Shown here one piece after another: positions 21,405 through 30,921 of a stretch of DNA of 64,000 nt; within the stretch, counting starts at the first letter, position 1, and every line of letters starts with the position of its first letter. Made by a program: the position numbers and the translations under genes. Under the pieces are notes generated by a model. That model ran no database searches and was not told the DNA's origin. It saw only the letters and a list, made by a program, of their open reading frames with translations. The stretch is from positions 192,001-256,000 of the forward strand of contig CAWFGO010000005.1 in assembly GCA_963815455.1 (NCBI GenBank). Direction: 5' to 3'. This DNA comes from an uncultured Verrucomicrobiae bacterium (GTDB lineage Bacteria; Verrucomicrobiota; Verrucomicrobiia; Chthoniobacterales; UBA10450).

Positions 21405-22469
21405 TTACTTCGCCGTTGCGTGAAATGCTACATCGAGATTTGCCCGCTTTTCGCCCTCCGACGTTTTCGCCGTTCCCGCGAGATCTTTCGCTTTTGGATT
21501 TTGAATTCGCACATCGAACAGGCCCGATACACTGGCCTGTCGTCCTTTGGTGTGAACATCCGTGCGATAAATCGCCCCCTCGTTGTCGATGAAAAAAACC
21601 AGGCCGCTCCATTTCGTGTGATCCATCATCATATCGAACTCGTTCTTCCACTTTTCGGTGGGTAATTTCTGGTCGGTGATGAGCACAACGACCGGTTTGC
21701 GGTCGTCTTTTTGATCGACAAACGCCTCGGCGAACTTCAATTCCGCCGTTGCGCCATCATAGGTGAGTGACCCCTTGGCCACGCCGGCTGGAAGATCGAC
21801 AATCGTTCCGGCGGGCGAGGCGCTCGGTTTAGCTGCAGCATTCGTCGGATTCGGCGGTTCCGCGTCGTCGGGCATTTCTTCTTGCAAGTGGTCATCCAAA
21901 CTTTCCTCCTGCTCGATCATCGGCGAAGACAGGGTGACCTGCGTAATTTTTGCGCCTCGCTTGCGTTCGGCCTCCATTCGCACCGCTTCGATCGGGTTTT
22001 CCAGGCTCGAATAAGTCACGACTTGCGTGACCTGCCCGTTGATATCCGATCCGGTGCGTTCGTGCCTGAACTTGTCGTTCTTGAAAGTGTCCCACGCGTC
22101 CGCCAGCGCATCGGGTGGCAGCGGCGAAGTTCCCGTCACCACGACCTTTTCTTGTCCATCAATGGTCTTCATCGCCGCGGGTCCGGAGGCGATAAATTGC
22201 GGCACCTTCGGCGTCCAATCCGGCAGCGCCGCTTTACCGGCATATTTAGCGACTAACTCGTCATGTCTTTTTTTGGCTGCAGCTTTCTCGGCTGCTTCTT
22301 CCCTCGCATTTTCTTTGAGCATCTCGCGAACCTCGGGCAGCTTCATCCCCATGCGCTTGGCCGCTTCTTCGGCTTGCTTGGTCATTTCCTCGGATTCTTT
22401 GTCTTCGTCCTGCCCGTAAACGAACGGCGCAACAATCAACGCCGCAGCGATCACCGAGATAATTTTCAT
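21405..22469 (-). CDS. Secreted hypothetical protein, apparently two domains joined by a Pro/Ala/acidic linker
   Basis: MKIISVIAAALIVAPFVYG signal peptide; long open frame. Confidence 0.75.
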   Translation of the reverse strand: MKIISVIAAALIVAPFVYGQDEDKESEEMTKQAEEAAKRMGMKLPEVREMLKENAREEAAEKAAAKKRHDELVAKYAGKAALPDWTPKVPQFIASGPAAMKTIDGQEKVVVTGTSPLPPDALADAWDTFKNDKFRHERTGSDINGQVTQVVTYSSLENPIEAVRMEAERKRGAKITQVTLSSPMIEQEESLDDHLQEEMPDDAEPPNPTNAAAKPSASPAGTIVDLPAGVAKGSLTYDGATAELKFAEAFVDQKDDRKPVVVLITDQKLPTEKWKNEFDMMMDHTKWSGLVFFIDNEGAIYRTDVHTKGRQASVSGLFDVRIQNPKAKDLAGTAKTSEGEKRANLDVAFHATAK

Positions 22470-22516
22470 GGCGCGGACATTACCGGAACGTATGCTCGCG
22501 GAAAAGAAATTTTGTC

Positions 22517-22540
22517 TGTAGCGGCGGTCTCCGACCGCCG
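22517..22540. repeat. Single GTAG-type REP arm
   Basis: tgtagcggcggtctccgaccgccg, same family as 29947 and 52775. Confidence 0.75.
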
Positions 22541-22557
22541 AACTAAGTTGGATCGAC

Positions 22558-23262
22558 ATGAATATCTGGATTGGCACGTCTGGTTTTCAATACACGGAAT
22601 GGAAGGGAAATTTTTACCCGGAAGATTTGGCGGCGGTAAAGATGCTGCCGTTTTACGCGGAGCGTCTTAACACCACCGAGATTAATTATACCTTTCGTCG
22701 CATCCCATCAGCCAAGACAATCGACAACTGGAACAAGCTCACGCCGGCGAAATTCCGATTCGCCCTCAAAGCGCCGCAAAAGATCACTCACTGGGCCAAG
22801 TTGCGCGATTGCAGCGATACCATGCGCTATTTCCACGATGTCACCGCCGGGCTTGGCGAAAAACTTGGCCCGATCCTTTTCCAACTCCCGCCCAATTTCA
22901 AAAAAGACACGTTCGTTCTGGCCGATTTCGTAAATGGTTTACCCGCCGGCGTCCGCGCGGCTTTCGAATTTCGCCACGAATCCTGGTTTGCCGATGACAT
23001 CTGGGAAATCTTCAAGGCCCGCAACGTTGCTCTTTGCCTGAACGAAACCGCCGACTTCGCCGCGCCGAAAATTTCCACCGCTGATTTCGGTTATCTCAGA
23101 CTGCGGCGCGAAGATTACAGCAAGATCGACATCGAACGCTGGGCCAAGTTTGTGCGCGAGCAAAAAGGCTGGGACGACGTTTTCATCTATTTCAAACACG
23201 AAGAAGCCGGCATCGGGCCGAAACTGGCTGGGCAGATGAACAAGCTGCTGGCCGATTCGTAG
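22558..23262 (+). CDS. DUF72 (YecE-like) protein
   Basis: IGTSGF, EINYTF, LFQLPP, FEFRHESW. Confidence 0.92.
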   Translation: MNIWIGTSGFQYTEWKGNFYPEDLAAVKMLPFYAERLNTTEINYTFRRIPSAKTIDNWNKLTPAKFRFALKAPQKITHWAKLRDCSDTMRYFHDVTAGLGEKLGPILFQLPPNFKKDTFVLADFVNGLPAGVRAAFEFRHESWFADDIWEIFKARNVALCLNETADFAAPKISTADFGYLRLRREDYSKIDIERWAKFVREQKGWDDVFIYFKHEEAGIGPKLAGQMNKLLADS

Positions 23263-23281
23263 AAGTCGGCAAGCAGAGCAT

Positions 23282-23394
23282 GTCATCCCGAGCGAAGCGC
23301 CTGTCGCGCCGTAGCTTAATGCGAAGGCGGGAGGGATCTCACAAACAAGGCGCGGCGTAATTTCGCGAGATTCTTTCGCTGCGCTCAGAATGAC
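23282..23394. repeat. GTCAT-type REP with a 32-nt element nested in its left arm
   Basis: gtcatcccgagcgaagc[gcctgtcgcgccgtagcttaatgcgaaggcgg]gagggatctc ... gagattctttcgctgcgctcagaatgac. Confidence 0.85.
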
Positions 23395-23415
23395 AGACCG
23401 GTTTATGACGCGGTG

Positions 23416-23850
23416 TCAGTAAATCCGGTAATCAATCACGCGCCAACCGACTGATTGTTTAACAAGAATGACGCGCTCGGGCGTGGGCGATTTTTTCTCG
23501 AATCCGGTCTTGAAAATAATGCTCATATAGTCGCCCTCCGGCACGCCGGCGAATTTGTGAATATTGACCGCGCCGACCACGCTGCGGGAAAGAGCTCGCC
23601 CAAACGGCGCGCGTCGAGCCTGCATATTGCGGACAAACTGTTTTTGGGTGTGGGACATTCGAAAATCCTGGGCTTCCCATTCAAACGCTTCTTCGTAATC
23701 GCCGTCGTCCAGAAGTTTAAGCCAGTTCAGGGCGGCAGTGGTTGCCTCGCTTTCATTGGCGCGTTTCTCGGTTTTCCTAGCGGAATAGGTTTCGCAGCCG
23801 GACAGCAAGATCGACAGCGCTACGACCAGGGCTGGGAACGCGTGTCGCAT
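23416..23850 (-). CDS. DUF4019-like lipoprotein
   Basis: LLSGC lipobox; WLKLLDDGDY, PEGDY, WRVIDY. Confidence 0.75.
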   Translation of the reverse strand: MRHAFPALVVALSILLSGCETYSARKTEKRANESEATTAALNWLKLLDDGDYEEAFEWEAQDFRMSHTQKQFVRNMQARRAPFGRALSRSVVGAVNIHKFAGVPEGDYMSIIFKTGFEKKSPTPERVILVKQSVGWRVIDYRIY

Positions 23851-23903
23851 GCCAGTTGATTTATCGGTCACACCGCAAAATATCAACGCCAATTCCCGTC
23901 CGC

Positions 23904-24713
23904 TTAACGTAAATCGTGACGCATGAGAAATTGATTGAGCGGCTCCCGAACAAACCCGAGAGATTGAAAAATCCCGATGCGCTCCGGGAAGAGCGCCGGC
24001 GCGAAGAATTCACGGTTCGGAAATTTGCTTAACACCGCGGCCAGCACTTTTCGGAAAGCGGTTTTGTTGCCGAGGAGGGCGTGAATGCGGATCGGCGGCG
24101 CGTCAGGATTTGAAATAACGACGCATGCGTTATCGCCTTTGTAGGCCGTGGCCTGGGCCAGCTTCGCCACAGCGTGCCTGGATATCTGCCATGGAATTTC
24201 AGGAAAGTCGGCTCCGTTCCGTATTTCGTTCACGGCCAGCAACGAAATTTCTTCGACAGTTGCAGATGAAGGCGTTTCGAGGTTTCGACCGCGCCAGCCA
24301 AACAATCGCATCAGTTCGCGAAAACCGTGCCGTCGATACAGCGCTAATCCCGGAATGTTTTGCTCGAACACCTCCAGGACCATGGCTTCGTCGGATCGAG
24401 ATTTTGCTTCACTTAGTAATTGCGAAACAAGAAACGCTGCGGTTCCAGTCCGACGCGCCTCGGGAACAACTCCCATGCCGGCGAGTCGGGACACGTTCCC
24501 GGTGCGACTCACATAACCGAAACCGGCGAGGGCACCGTCCAGTCGCGCAAATCGACTGTGATTGAGATCCACGCCCTGTGCACAAACAAGCCCGGATAAT
24601 CCAGCCGCATCGATATCGCTCCATCCAGCAAGATAACCTCTAAACGCGCGATTGAACGTCTCGGCTTGTTCCTTCAACGAAACCTCATGCGCCGGCAGCA
24701 GCTCGAATTTCAT
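23904..24713 (-). CDS. GNAT acetyltransferase
   Basis: GVVPEARRTG, LEVFEQN..LYRRHGF. Confidence 0.88.
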   Translation of the reverse strand: MKFELLPAHEVSLKEQAETFNRAFRGYLAGWSDIDAAGLSGLVCAQGVDLNHSRFARLDGALAGFGYVSRTGNVSRLAGMGVVPEARRTGTAAFLVSQLLSEAKSRSDEAMVLEVFEQNIPGLALYRRHGFRELMRLFGWRGRNLETPSSATVEEISLLAVNEIRNGADFPEIPWQISRHAVAKLAQATAYKGDNACVVISNPDAPPIRIHALLGNKTAFRKVLAAVLSKFPNREFFAPALFPERIGIFQSLGFVREPLNQFLMRHDLR

Positions 24714-24772
24714 TTAATGAATTTATGTCGATCTTGCATTTTCCGCGTCAAATGATTCGGCTAGAGTTTGCC

Positions 24773-25486
24773 ATGGCGGAAATTGCCGAAAATCTGGAGC
24801 GAGTGCGGGCTCAGATTGCAGAAGCCGCGCAAAAGAGCGGCCGTTCCATAGACAACGTTGAGTTAGTGGCTATTTCGAAGACGCACGATGCCGATCGGGT
24901 CCGCGAGGCATACGATGCGGGCCAGCAGCTATTTGGCGAGAGCAAAATGCAGGAAGCGCGGGCAAAGATTCCGCTCCTGCCTTCGAGCTTACGCTGGCAT
25001 TTCGTCGGTCATCTCCAGAAGAACAAGATCCGGCATGCGCTGCCGCTGTTCGAGCTGTTCCACAGCGTGGATTCTCTGGCTCTGGCTCAGGAGATGAACC
25101 GGATCGCGGACGAAGACGGCATGCACCCGCGAATATTTCTGGAAGTGAACGTTTCGGGCGAAGGGAGCAAATTCGGTTTCAAGCCGGAAATTTTACGAGC
25201 GGAGATGGAGAGCCTGCTCGCGTTGCCGCGATTGTCGATCGAAGGTCTGATGACGATTCCGCCATTCGCCGAGGAGCCGGAGCTTTCCCGCAAACATTTT
25301 GTCGCTCTTCGCGAGCTGCGGGACGCTCTCGAAAAACGGTTCGATCTGAAATTGCCGCAGCTTTCAATGGGAATGACGAACGACTTCCAGGTCGCGATTG
25401 AGGAAGGCGCGACGCTCGTGCGCGTCGGCACGGCGATTTTCGGTGAACGCAAAAGAAAAAAAGAGGCCACGGATGAGCGCGGATAG
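24773..25486 (+). CDS. yggS: PLP homeostasis protein (YggS family)
   Basis: [37 protein letters not shown]. Confidence 0.96.
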   Translation: MAEIAENLERVRAQIAEAAQKSGRSIDNVELVAISKTHDADRVREAYDAGQQLFGESKMQEARAKIPLLPSSLRWHFVGHLQKNKIRHALPLFELFHSVDSLALAQEMNRIADEDGMHPRIFLEVNVSGEGSKFGFKPEILRAEMESLLALPRLSIEGLMTIPPFAEEPELSRKHFVALRELRDALEKRFDLKLPQLSMGMTNDFQVAIEEGATLVRVGTAIFGERKRKKEATDERG

Positions 25487-25556
25487 TCACGGATTTCTAG
25501 ATCCCAGCCATGCAACCTTCGTCCTTATCCGTGTTTCATCTGTGTTAATCTGTGGC
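25466..25556. repeat. Inverted element of 9-10-mer units (cacggat / atccgtg) overlapping the yggS stop
   Basis: gccacggatgagcgcggatagtcacggat ... atccgtgtttcatctgtgttaatctgtggc. Confidence 0.8.
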
Positions 25557-25881
25557 CGGCAAATCTGATCCCGTGCGTCTGGAACCGACAAACATTCAGC
25601 AAATCGGTAACGAGCTGGCCATTCAATGGAACGACGGCGTCGAATCGTATTTCGATTTGGAAATGCTTCGGCGGGCCTGTCCCTGCGCCGCCTGCGGCGG
25701 CGAGCCCGATGTGCTGGGCAACATCGCCCGGCCGAATGTGAGCTACACGAATAACAGTTTCGAACTTGCCGGGTTCGATCTCGTTGGCGGCTACGCATTG
25801 CAGCCGCGCTGGGCCGATCGACATAGCACTGGGATTTACAGCTTTACTTACCTTCGCCGTCTGGGGCAAGCTTCCGGCTGA
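25552..25881 (+). CDS. DUF971 / gamma-butyrobetaine-hydroxylase N-terminal-like protein
   Basis: LRRACPCAAC, VGGYAL, DRHSTGIY. Confidence 0.9.
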   Translation: MAGKSDPVRLEPTNIQQIGNELAIQWNDGVESYFDLEMLRRACPCAACGGEPDVLGNIARPNVSYTNNSFELAGFDLVGGYALQPRWADRHSTGIYSFTYLRRLGQASG

Positions 25882-25910
25882 AAGGCATGCCATAAGCTTG
25901 GAGTCGATTC

Positions 25911-26075
25911 ATGAGCCGGAGAACAAAACTCGCGATTATCCTGCTCTGCTTTTCGATTTGCGGCGCCGGCGGTTTCATCGCGTCGGCGGTTCGTGAACAA
26001 CGTGAGCCGCAAAAGGCGAACACGACTCCGGTAAAAAATCACGAAGTGCCTAAGCGCGTCTGGATCGAGGCTTGA
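25911..26075 (+). CDS. Small 54-aa exported or membrane peptide (below the ORF-track cutoff)
   Basis: GGAG 7 nt upstream; MSRRTKLAIILLCFSICGAGGFIASAVREQREPQKANTTPVKNHEVPKRVWIEA. Confidence 0.6.
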   Translation: MSRRTKLAIILLCFSICGAGGFIASAVREQREPQKANTTPVKNHEVPKRVWIEA

Positions 26076-26079
26076 TCTC

Positions 26080-26142
26080 TGTAGCGGCGGCCGTGTCGGC
26101 CGCAAAAACTTGTAACCTGCGGCCGACACGGCCGCCTCTACA
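26080..26142. repeat. GTAG-type REP doublet that contains the stop of the isomerase gene
   Basis: tgtagcggcggccgtgtcggccgca ... tgcggccgacacggccgcctctaca. Confidence 0.85.
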
Positions 26143-27088
26143 CTGGAATTGTCACTCGCAAGAGAGTTGTTCGCCTCGTAGTCGGCATCACTTGTCGATC
26201 CTGCGACTGAGCCGGAACGAGACAAAATTCTCCCGGCCCAAGATCGACATCGGCGCATCGGACCGAGCCGGTCAGGCAGCAAACGATTGCAAATTGTCCG
26301 CTTGGCGCGATCTCGCGGGCAGCATCGAGATTCCATTTTTGGATTTCGAACAGATCGTGTTTCGTGAGCAGCTCCCCTTTGGCCGGAATCAACTGTGGCT
26401 GAACGTCGTTAAAATCGATGCATTGGAGCGCTTGCTCGACGTGCAACTGTCGGGGTTTGCCCTTCGCGTCGACGCGGTTCCAATCAAACACGCGATAAGT
26501 GGTGTCGCTGTTTTGCTGAACCTCGAGCAGCAAATTACCCGCGCCGACCGCATGGAAACGGCCGGCGGGCAGAAACATCGCGTCACCGGCTTTGACCGGA
26601 ATTCGGTGGACCCAGCTCGCGATTGTTCCCTGATTGATTGCCTCCTTGAATCGTTGAGCGGTCATCGCTTCCTTGAGCCCCACAAAAAGTTCGGCCTCCG
26701 GATCCGCCGCGGCGACGTACCAGAATTCCGTTTTCGGTTCACCACCTAATTTTGATGCGACATTTTTCGGCGGGTGAACTTGCAATGAAAGTTTCTCCGC
26801 GGCATCGAGAAGCTTAATCAGCAAAGGAAATCGTGGAGCGTCGCTAAGATCGCCAAAAATTTCCTTTCGCCGTTCCGTCCAAAGTTCGTGCAACGTTTTG
26901 CCCTTTAACGGTCCGTTCGCGACAATGCTCTGAGCTTCCGGGCGATCGACAATTTCCCACGACTCGCCGACGCGGGTGTCTGCCGGCAGTCGTTTGCCGA
27001 ATTCGGATTCGAGCCGGCGGCCGCCCCACACGCGCTCCATAAAGATCGGTTCGAAGGTGAGGGGAGACGCTAGATCGAGTTTGGACAT
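26138..27088 (-). CDS. manA: Type I mannose-6-phosphate isomerase
   Basis: RVWGG, GESWE, PLLIKLLDA, LSLQVHP, KTEFWY, QQNSDTTYRVFDW. Confidence 0.92.
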   Translation of the reverse strand: MSKLDLASPLTFEPIFMERVWGGRRLESEFGKRLPADTRVGESWEIVDRPEAQSIVANGPLKGKTLHELWTERRKEIFGDLSDAPRFPLLIKLLDAAEKLSLQVHPPKNVASKLGGEPKTEFWYVAAADPEAELFVGLKEAMTAQRFKEAINQGTIASWVHRIPVKAGDAMFLPAGRFHAVGAGNLLLEVQQNSDTTYRVFDWNRVDAKGKPRQLHVEQALQCIDFNDVQPQLIPAKGELLTKHDLFEIQKWNLDAAREIAPSGQFAIVCCLTGSVRCADVDLGPGEFCLVPAQSQDRQVMPTTRRTTLLRVTIPV

Positions 27089-27092
27089 CAAC

Positions 27093-27152
27093 TGTAGGGC
27101 GTTTCTGTGAAACGCCATTTTTCCCATTGGCGTCCGACACAGACGCCCTACA
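27093..27152. repeat. GTAG-type REP doublet
   Basis: tgtagggcgtttctgtgaaacgcc ... ggcgtccgacacagacgccctaca. Confidence 0.8.
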
Positions 27153-27189
27153 ATTCGCCGGCACGCGTCAGTTTGCAACGCGGTCGAAA

Positions 27190-27648
27190 ATGCTGAGACG
27201 ATTTCTTAAATACTGGTTACCGGTTCTGATCTGGCTCGGCTTCATCTTTGTCGGCTCTACCGATGTTTTATCGGCCGAGCAAACATCGCGATTTCTCGTG
27301 CCGTTTCTGCGCTGGCTGAAGCCGGACATCTCTCCAGAGACTCTGATGCAGATTCATTTTCTGGTGCGCAAGGTTGGACATATCACCGAATACGCGATTC
27401 TGGCCATGTTGCTGTGGCGGGCATTGCGCGGCGGATTGAGCTTGCGCGCGAGAATGTCGATCCTGTTCATGGCGGCGTGGTTTGGCGCCGCATTTTTCGC
27501 CGCGACGGACGAATTCCATCAAACATTTGTTGCTTCAAGGACCGGAGCATTTAGCGATGTGCTCATCGATATCAGCGGCGCGTTCGCGGGGCTGTTGCTT
27601 TGTTGGTGGATTACTTTGCGGAAAGATTTGCGGCGGGCGAGGGATTGA
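27190..27648 (+). CDS. VanZ family membrane protein
   Basis: RKVGHITEYAIL, DEFHQTFVASR, DVLID. Confidence 0.92.
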   Translation: MLRRFLKYWLPVLIWLGFIFVGSTDVLSAEQTSRFLVPFLRWLKPDISPETLMQIHFLVRKVGHITEYAILAMLLWRALRGGLSLRARMSILFMAAWFGAAFFAATDEFHQTFVASRTGAFSDVLIDISGAFAGLLLCWWITLRKDLRRARD

Positions 27649-27684
27649 ACTGGCTGCAGCGAGACCGTGTGCGCTCCCCAGCAT

Positions 27685-27712
27685 TTGCAATCCGCAATCC
27701 CCAATCTACAAT
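27685..27712 (+). promoter_or_regulatory. Putative sigma70 promoter for tRNA-Ala, embedded in a 7-mer array
   Basis: TTGCAA-N16-TACAAT within (tccgcaa)n-like units. Confidence 0.55.
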
Positions 27713-27725
27713 CCGCAATCCAAAT

Positions 27726-27798
27726 GGGGGCATAGCTCAGTTGGTAGAGCGCCAGCTTTGCAAGCTGGATGTCAGGGGTTCGAATCCCCTTGCCTCCA
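27726..27798 (+). tRNA. tRNA-Ala(TGC)
   Basis: Acceptor GGGGGCA/TGCCTCC with G3:U70; anticodon arm ccagc-ttTGCaa-gctgg; GTTCGAAT T-loop. Confidence 0.97.
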
Positions 27799-27942
27799 GG
27801 AATCTCGCGCTGGCGAGATTCAACAAGAAAAACAGGGGATGAGAGCTTTGTTCGACTGGTGGGGCGCGTCACGCGCAGGGTTAAAAGCGAAGCTCATTCC
27901 CCAGAGCCAGCGCGAACGCGCTGGATAATCCCCTTGCCTCCA
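27799..27942 (+). repeat. tRNA-linked mini-element ending in a 16-bp duplication of the tRNA-Ala 3' end
   Basis: aatccccttgcctcca at 27783-27798 and 27927-27942, with hairpins between. Confidence 0.8.
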
Positions 27943-28053
27943 GTCCCGAAAGCTTTCGGGGCTGTCGCGCCGTAGCCTTGGCGAAGGCGGACACTGTCGA
28001 TCTTACCAAGCTGGACACGGCGAGCTACGATTCGGCAAGCCAGCGGTCGGCGC

Positions 28054-28082
28054 TTGACCGATTACCGATCACCGATCACTTT
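28054..28082 (+). promoter_or_regulatory. Putative promoter for tRNA-Ile with a 7-mer array as spacer
   Basis: TTGACC-N17-CACTTT over accgatt/accgatc/accgatc. Confidence 0.4.
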
Positions 28083-28096
28083 CCGTTTTGCCAAGG

Positions 28097-28173
28097 GGGC
28101 CTGTAGCTCAGTTGGTTAGAGCATGCGCTTGATAAGCGCAGGGTCACTGGTTCGAGCCCAGTCAGGCCCACCA
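28097..28173 (+). tRNA. tRNA-Ile(GAT) with encoded CCA
   Basis: GGGCCTG/CAGGCCC acceptor; tgcgc-ttGATaa-gcgca anticodon arm; GTTCGAG. Confidence 0.97.
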
Positions 28174-28211
28174 TGGAGGTCCAGGACCGATTCCAAACAA
28201 CCGGCCGAGAT

Positions 28212-29926
28212 ATGCAAAAGCTGATCGAGTGCGTGCCGAATTTTTCTGAGGGGCGCGATTTGGATGTGATTCGTCAGATTACCGACGCGATTGAATCGGT
28301 GGAGGGCGTGTCTCTGCTCGATGTCGATCCCGGGGCGAGCACGAACCGGACAGTGGTGACTTTCGTTGGGGCTCTCGATGCCGCGGTGGAGGCGGCGTTT
28401 CGCGGAATCAAGAAAGCGTCCGAGTTGATCGACATGGGCAAACAGAAAGGCGCGCATCCGCGCATGGGCGCGACCGACGTTTGCCCTTTCATTCCGGTGA
28501 GCAATGTCAGTTGGGAAGAAGCGATCGCTTGCGCGGAGAAGTTGGGAAAACGGGTCGGCGAGGAATTGAAGATCCCGGTCTATCTTTACGAAAGGGCGGC
28601 CAAAGATAAAGCGCGCGCGAATTTATCGGTAATTCGCGCCGGCGAATACGAGGGATTCTTTGAGAAAATCAAACAACCGGAATGGAAACCGGACTTTGGG
28701 CCGGCCGTGTTCAACGAGAAATCCGGCGGGACCGTGATCGGCGCGCGCGATTTTTTGGTCGCTTACAACGTCAACCTAAACACGAAAGCGGTGAGAAGAG
28801 CGAACTCGGTCGCGTTCGACGTTCGCGAACAGGGGCGATTCAAAACGGAAGATGGCACGCCCTCGGGGAAAAAGGTGCTCGACGCCAACGGTGAGCCGGT
28901 CCGAATTCCCGGGATGCTGAAACACGTCAAGGCGATTGGCTGGTTTGTGAAGGAATATGGAATCGCCCAGGTTTCGATCAATCTGACGAACATTGAGGAG
29001 ACGCCGTTGCATGTGGCGTTTGACGCCTGCGTCGAATCGGCCAGCAAACGCGGGATGCGCGTGACCGGCTCGGAAATCGTGGGCATGGTGCCGAAGAAAT
29101 GTCTGGTCGATGCCGGACGTTATTTTCTTCGGAAACAGAAATGGTCGGAGGGCGCTTCCGAGGAAGAACTGATCGACATGGCGATCCGCTCGATGGGCTT
29201 GAGCGAACTCAAGCCTTTCGATCCGAAAGAAAAGGTGATTGAATTCAAGATTGGTCCGAGCTCTCCCTGGCGATCTTCGACCGGACTGGCATTAAGAAAT
29301 CGCTTTTGAAAATGAATTTGCGCGAATTTTGTAACGAAACATTGAGCGATTCGCCCGCGCCGGGCGGCGGATCGGTGGCGGCGCTGATGGGCGCGTTGGG
29401 CGCGTCGCTTGGCGGGATGGTTGCGAACCTCTCCGCCGGAAAACGCGGCTGGGACGATAAGATCGAGTATTTCAGCAAGTGGGCGGTGAAGGCGCAGCAA
29501 CTGAAAGACGAATTGCTCTCACTGGTGGACGAGGACACCGCGGCGTTCAACAAAGTGATGGACGCATTCGCGTTGCCCAAGGAATCGGCAGAAGAAAAAA
29601 CAGCGCGGGCGGCGGCGATCGAAGCTGCGACGAAATATGCGGCAGAAATCCCGTTAAAGGTTATGGAAACGTCCTTCAAGTCCTACGAACTCCTTTCGGA
29701 GATGGCGGAAAAGGGCAATCCGGCGTCGGTCTCCGATGTGGGTGTTGGAATTCTGGGGACGCGGGCCTGTGTTGCCGGAGCGGCGTTGAACGTCCGGATT
29801 AATCTGGCCGCGCTGAAAGATGAGAAATTCAAAGCGACGCTGTTGAACAAAGTTCGGCACATCGTTGCGGATTCGGACGCGCAGTTCAAAAAGATCGATC
29901 AAGTCGTGGAGAGCAAATTGACCTAA
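28212..29926 (+). CDS. ftcD: Glutamate formimidoyltransferase-cyclodeaminase, probably one fused gene with a frameshift near 29253
   Basis: ECVPNFSEG, HPRMGATDVCPF, then PAPGGGS and NVRINL; the downstream frame is open back to 29255. Confidence 0.88.
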
Positions 29927-29946
29927 CGCGATAGGGCCGGTTTTCC

Positions 29947-30017
29947 TGTAGCGGCGGTCTCTGACCGTCGTTGATATTGCTCCAATAAGTTTGCGACGGT
30001 CGGAGACCGCCGCTACA
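29947..30017. repeat. GTAG-type REP doublet
   Basis: tgtagcggcggtctctgaccgtcg ... cgacggtcggagaccgccgctaca. Confidence 0.88.
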
Positions 30018-30029
30018 ACAAAGCGACGC

Positions 30030-30182
30030 ATGAGTTCGATCGCTGTAATCAACGCATCGCAGCTTGTCACGCTTGCGGGCCCGGCGCACCCGCGAGTTGG
30101 CGGCGAGATGTCGGAACTGGCGATCATTCGCAACGGCGGAATGCTGATCCGCGTCGGCGTGAGCCACGAGATTGAGAAGAAG
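30030..30182 (+). pseudogene. 5' fragment of a divergent hutI allele
   Basis: [41 protein letters not shown] versus hut[42 protein letters not shown]. Confidence 0.85.
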
Positions 30183-30246
30183 GAGGATTACTCTTGGTAC
30201 AGTTTGATTGGCCGTTGTCCGCGCGAATGTTAATCTTAATCCTGTA

Positions 30247-30558
30247 ATGACCACAGCTGATCTGCCCATTGCCATCGACCGCGAGCTGATCGCCCGCTTT
30301 TGCCGTGAACGGGGCATTCGCTCGCTCTCGCTGTTCGGCTCAGTTTTGCGCGACGATTTTGACCCGGCGCGAAGTGACATCGACGTGCTTGCGGAATTCG
30401 CGCCTGGCGCTCTCCGCGGTGTCGGATTGCGTTATTTTGGCTTTGGTGAGGAGCTCGGAGCCATCCTCGGCCACCGGGTGGATTTCTGCTCACAACTTCA
30501 TCCGGCGTTTCACGAGCGTGTCGCGCGGAAGGCCATTAAGCTTTATGAGCGATCATGA
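30247..30558 (+). CDS. Minimal nucleotidyltransferase (MNT) antitoxin
   Basis: LFGSVLRDDF..SDIDVL (GS..DxD motif). Confidence 0.9.
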   Translation: MTTADLPIAIDRELIARFCRERGIRSLSLFGSVLRDDFDPARSDIDVLAEFAPGALRGVGLRYFGFGEELGAILGHRVDFCSQLHPAFHERVARKAIKLYERS

Positions 30559-30883
30559 TCTGGCGCTGGCACTTCGTCAGATTGTCGAGTTCGCAGATGA
30601 AATCGCAACACTGGTTGCGAAACGTGCGCGGAAGGATTTGGACATTAATCGCGAGTTCCGTCGCGCCTTGGAGCGTTGTGTCGAATTGATCGGCGAAGCC
30701 GCGACACGCTTGCCTGAGAACTGGCGAGCATCTCACTCAGCGATTCCGTGGCGGCAGATAATCGCGATGCGCAACGTCATGATTCACGGATACGATGTTG
30801 TGATGGCCGATGTCTTGTGGGATGTGGCAGCGAATGATGTTCCCAAGTTGCGCAGTGAGATCAAGTTGCTCTTGGAGAAATAG
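30545..30883 (+). CDS. HEPN (DUF86/HepT-like) RNase toxin
   Basis: [22 protein letters not shown] (RX4HXY motif). Confidence 0.92.
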   Translation: MSDHDLALALRQIVEFADEIATLVAKRARKDLDINREFRRALERCVELIGEAATRLPENWRASHSAIPWRQIIAMRNVMIHGYDVVMADVLWDVAANDVPKLRSEIKLLLEK

Positions 30884-30921
30884 CTGCTTCTAATCCCTTC
30901 CAAGGGGCCCGAACCGCGAAA

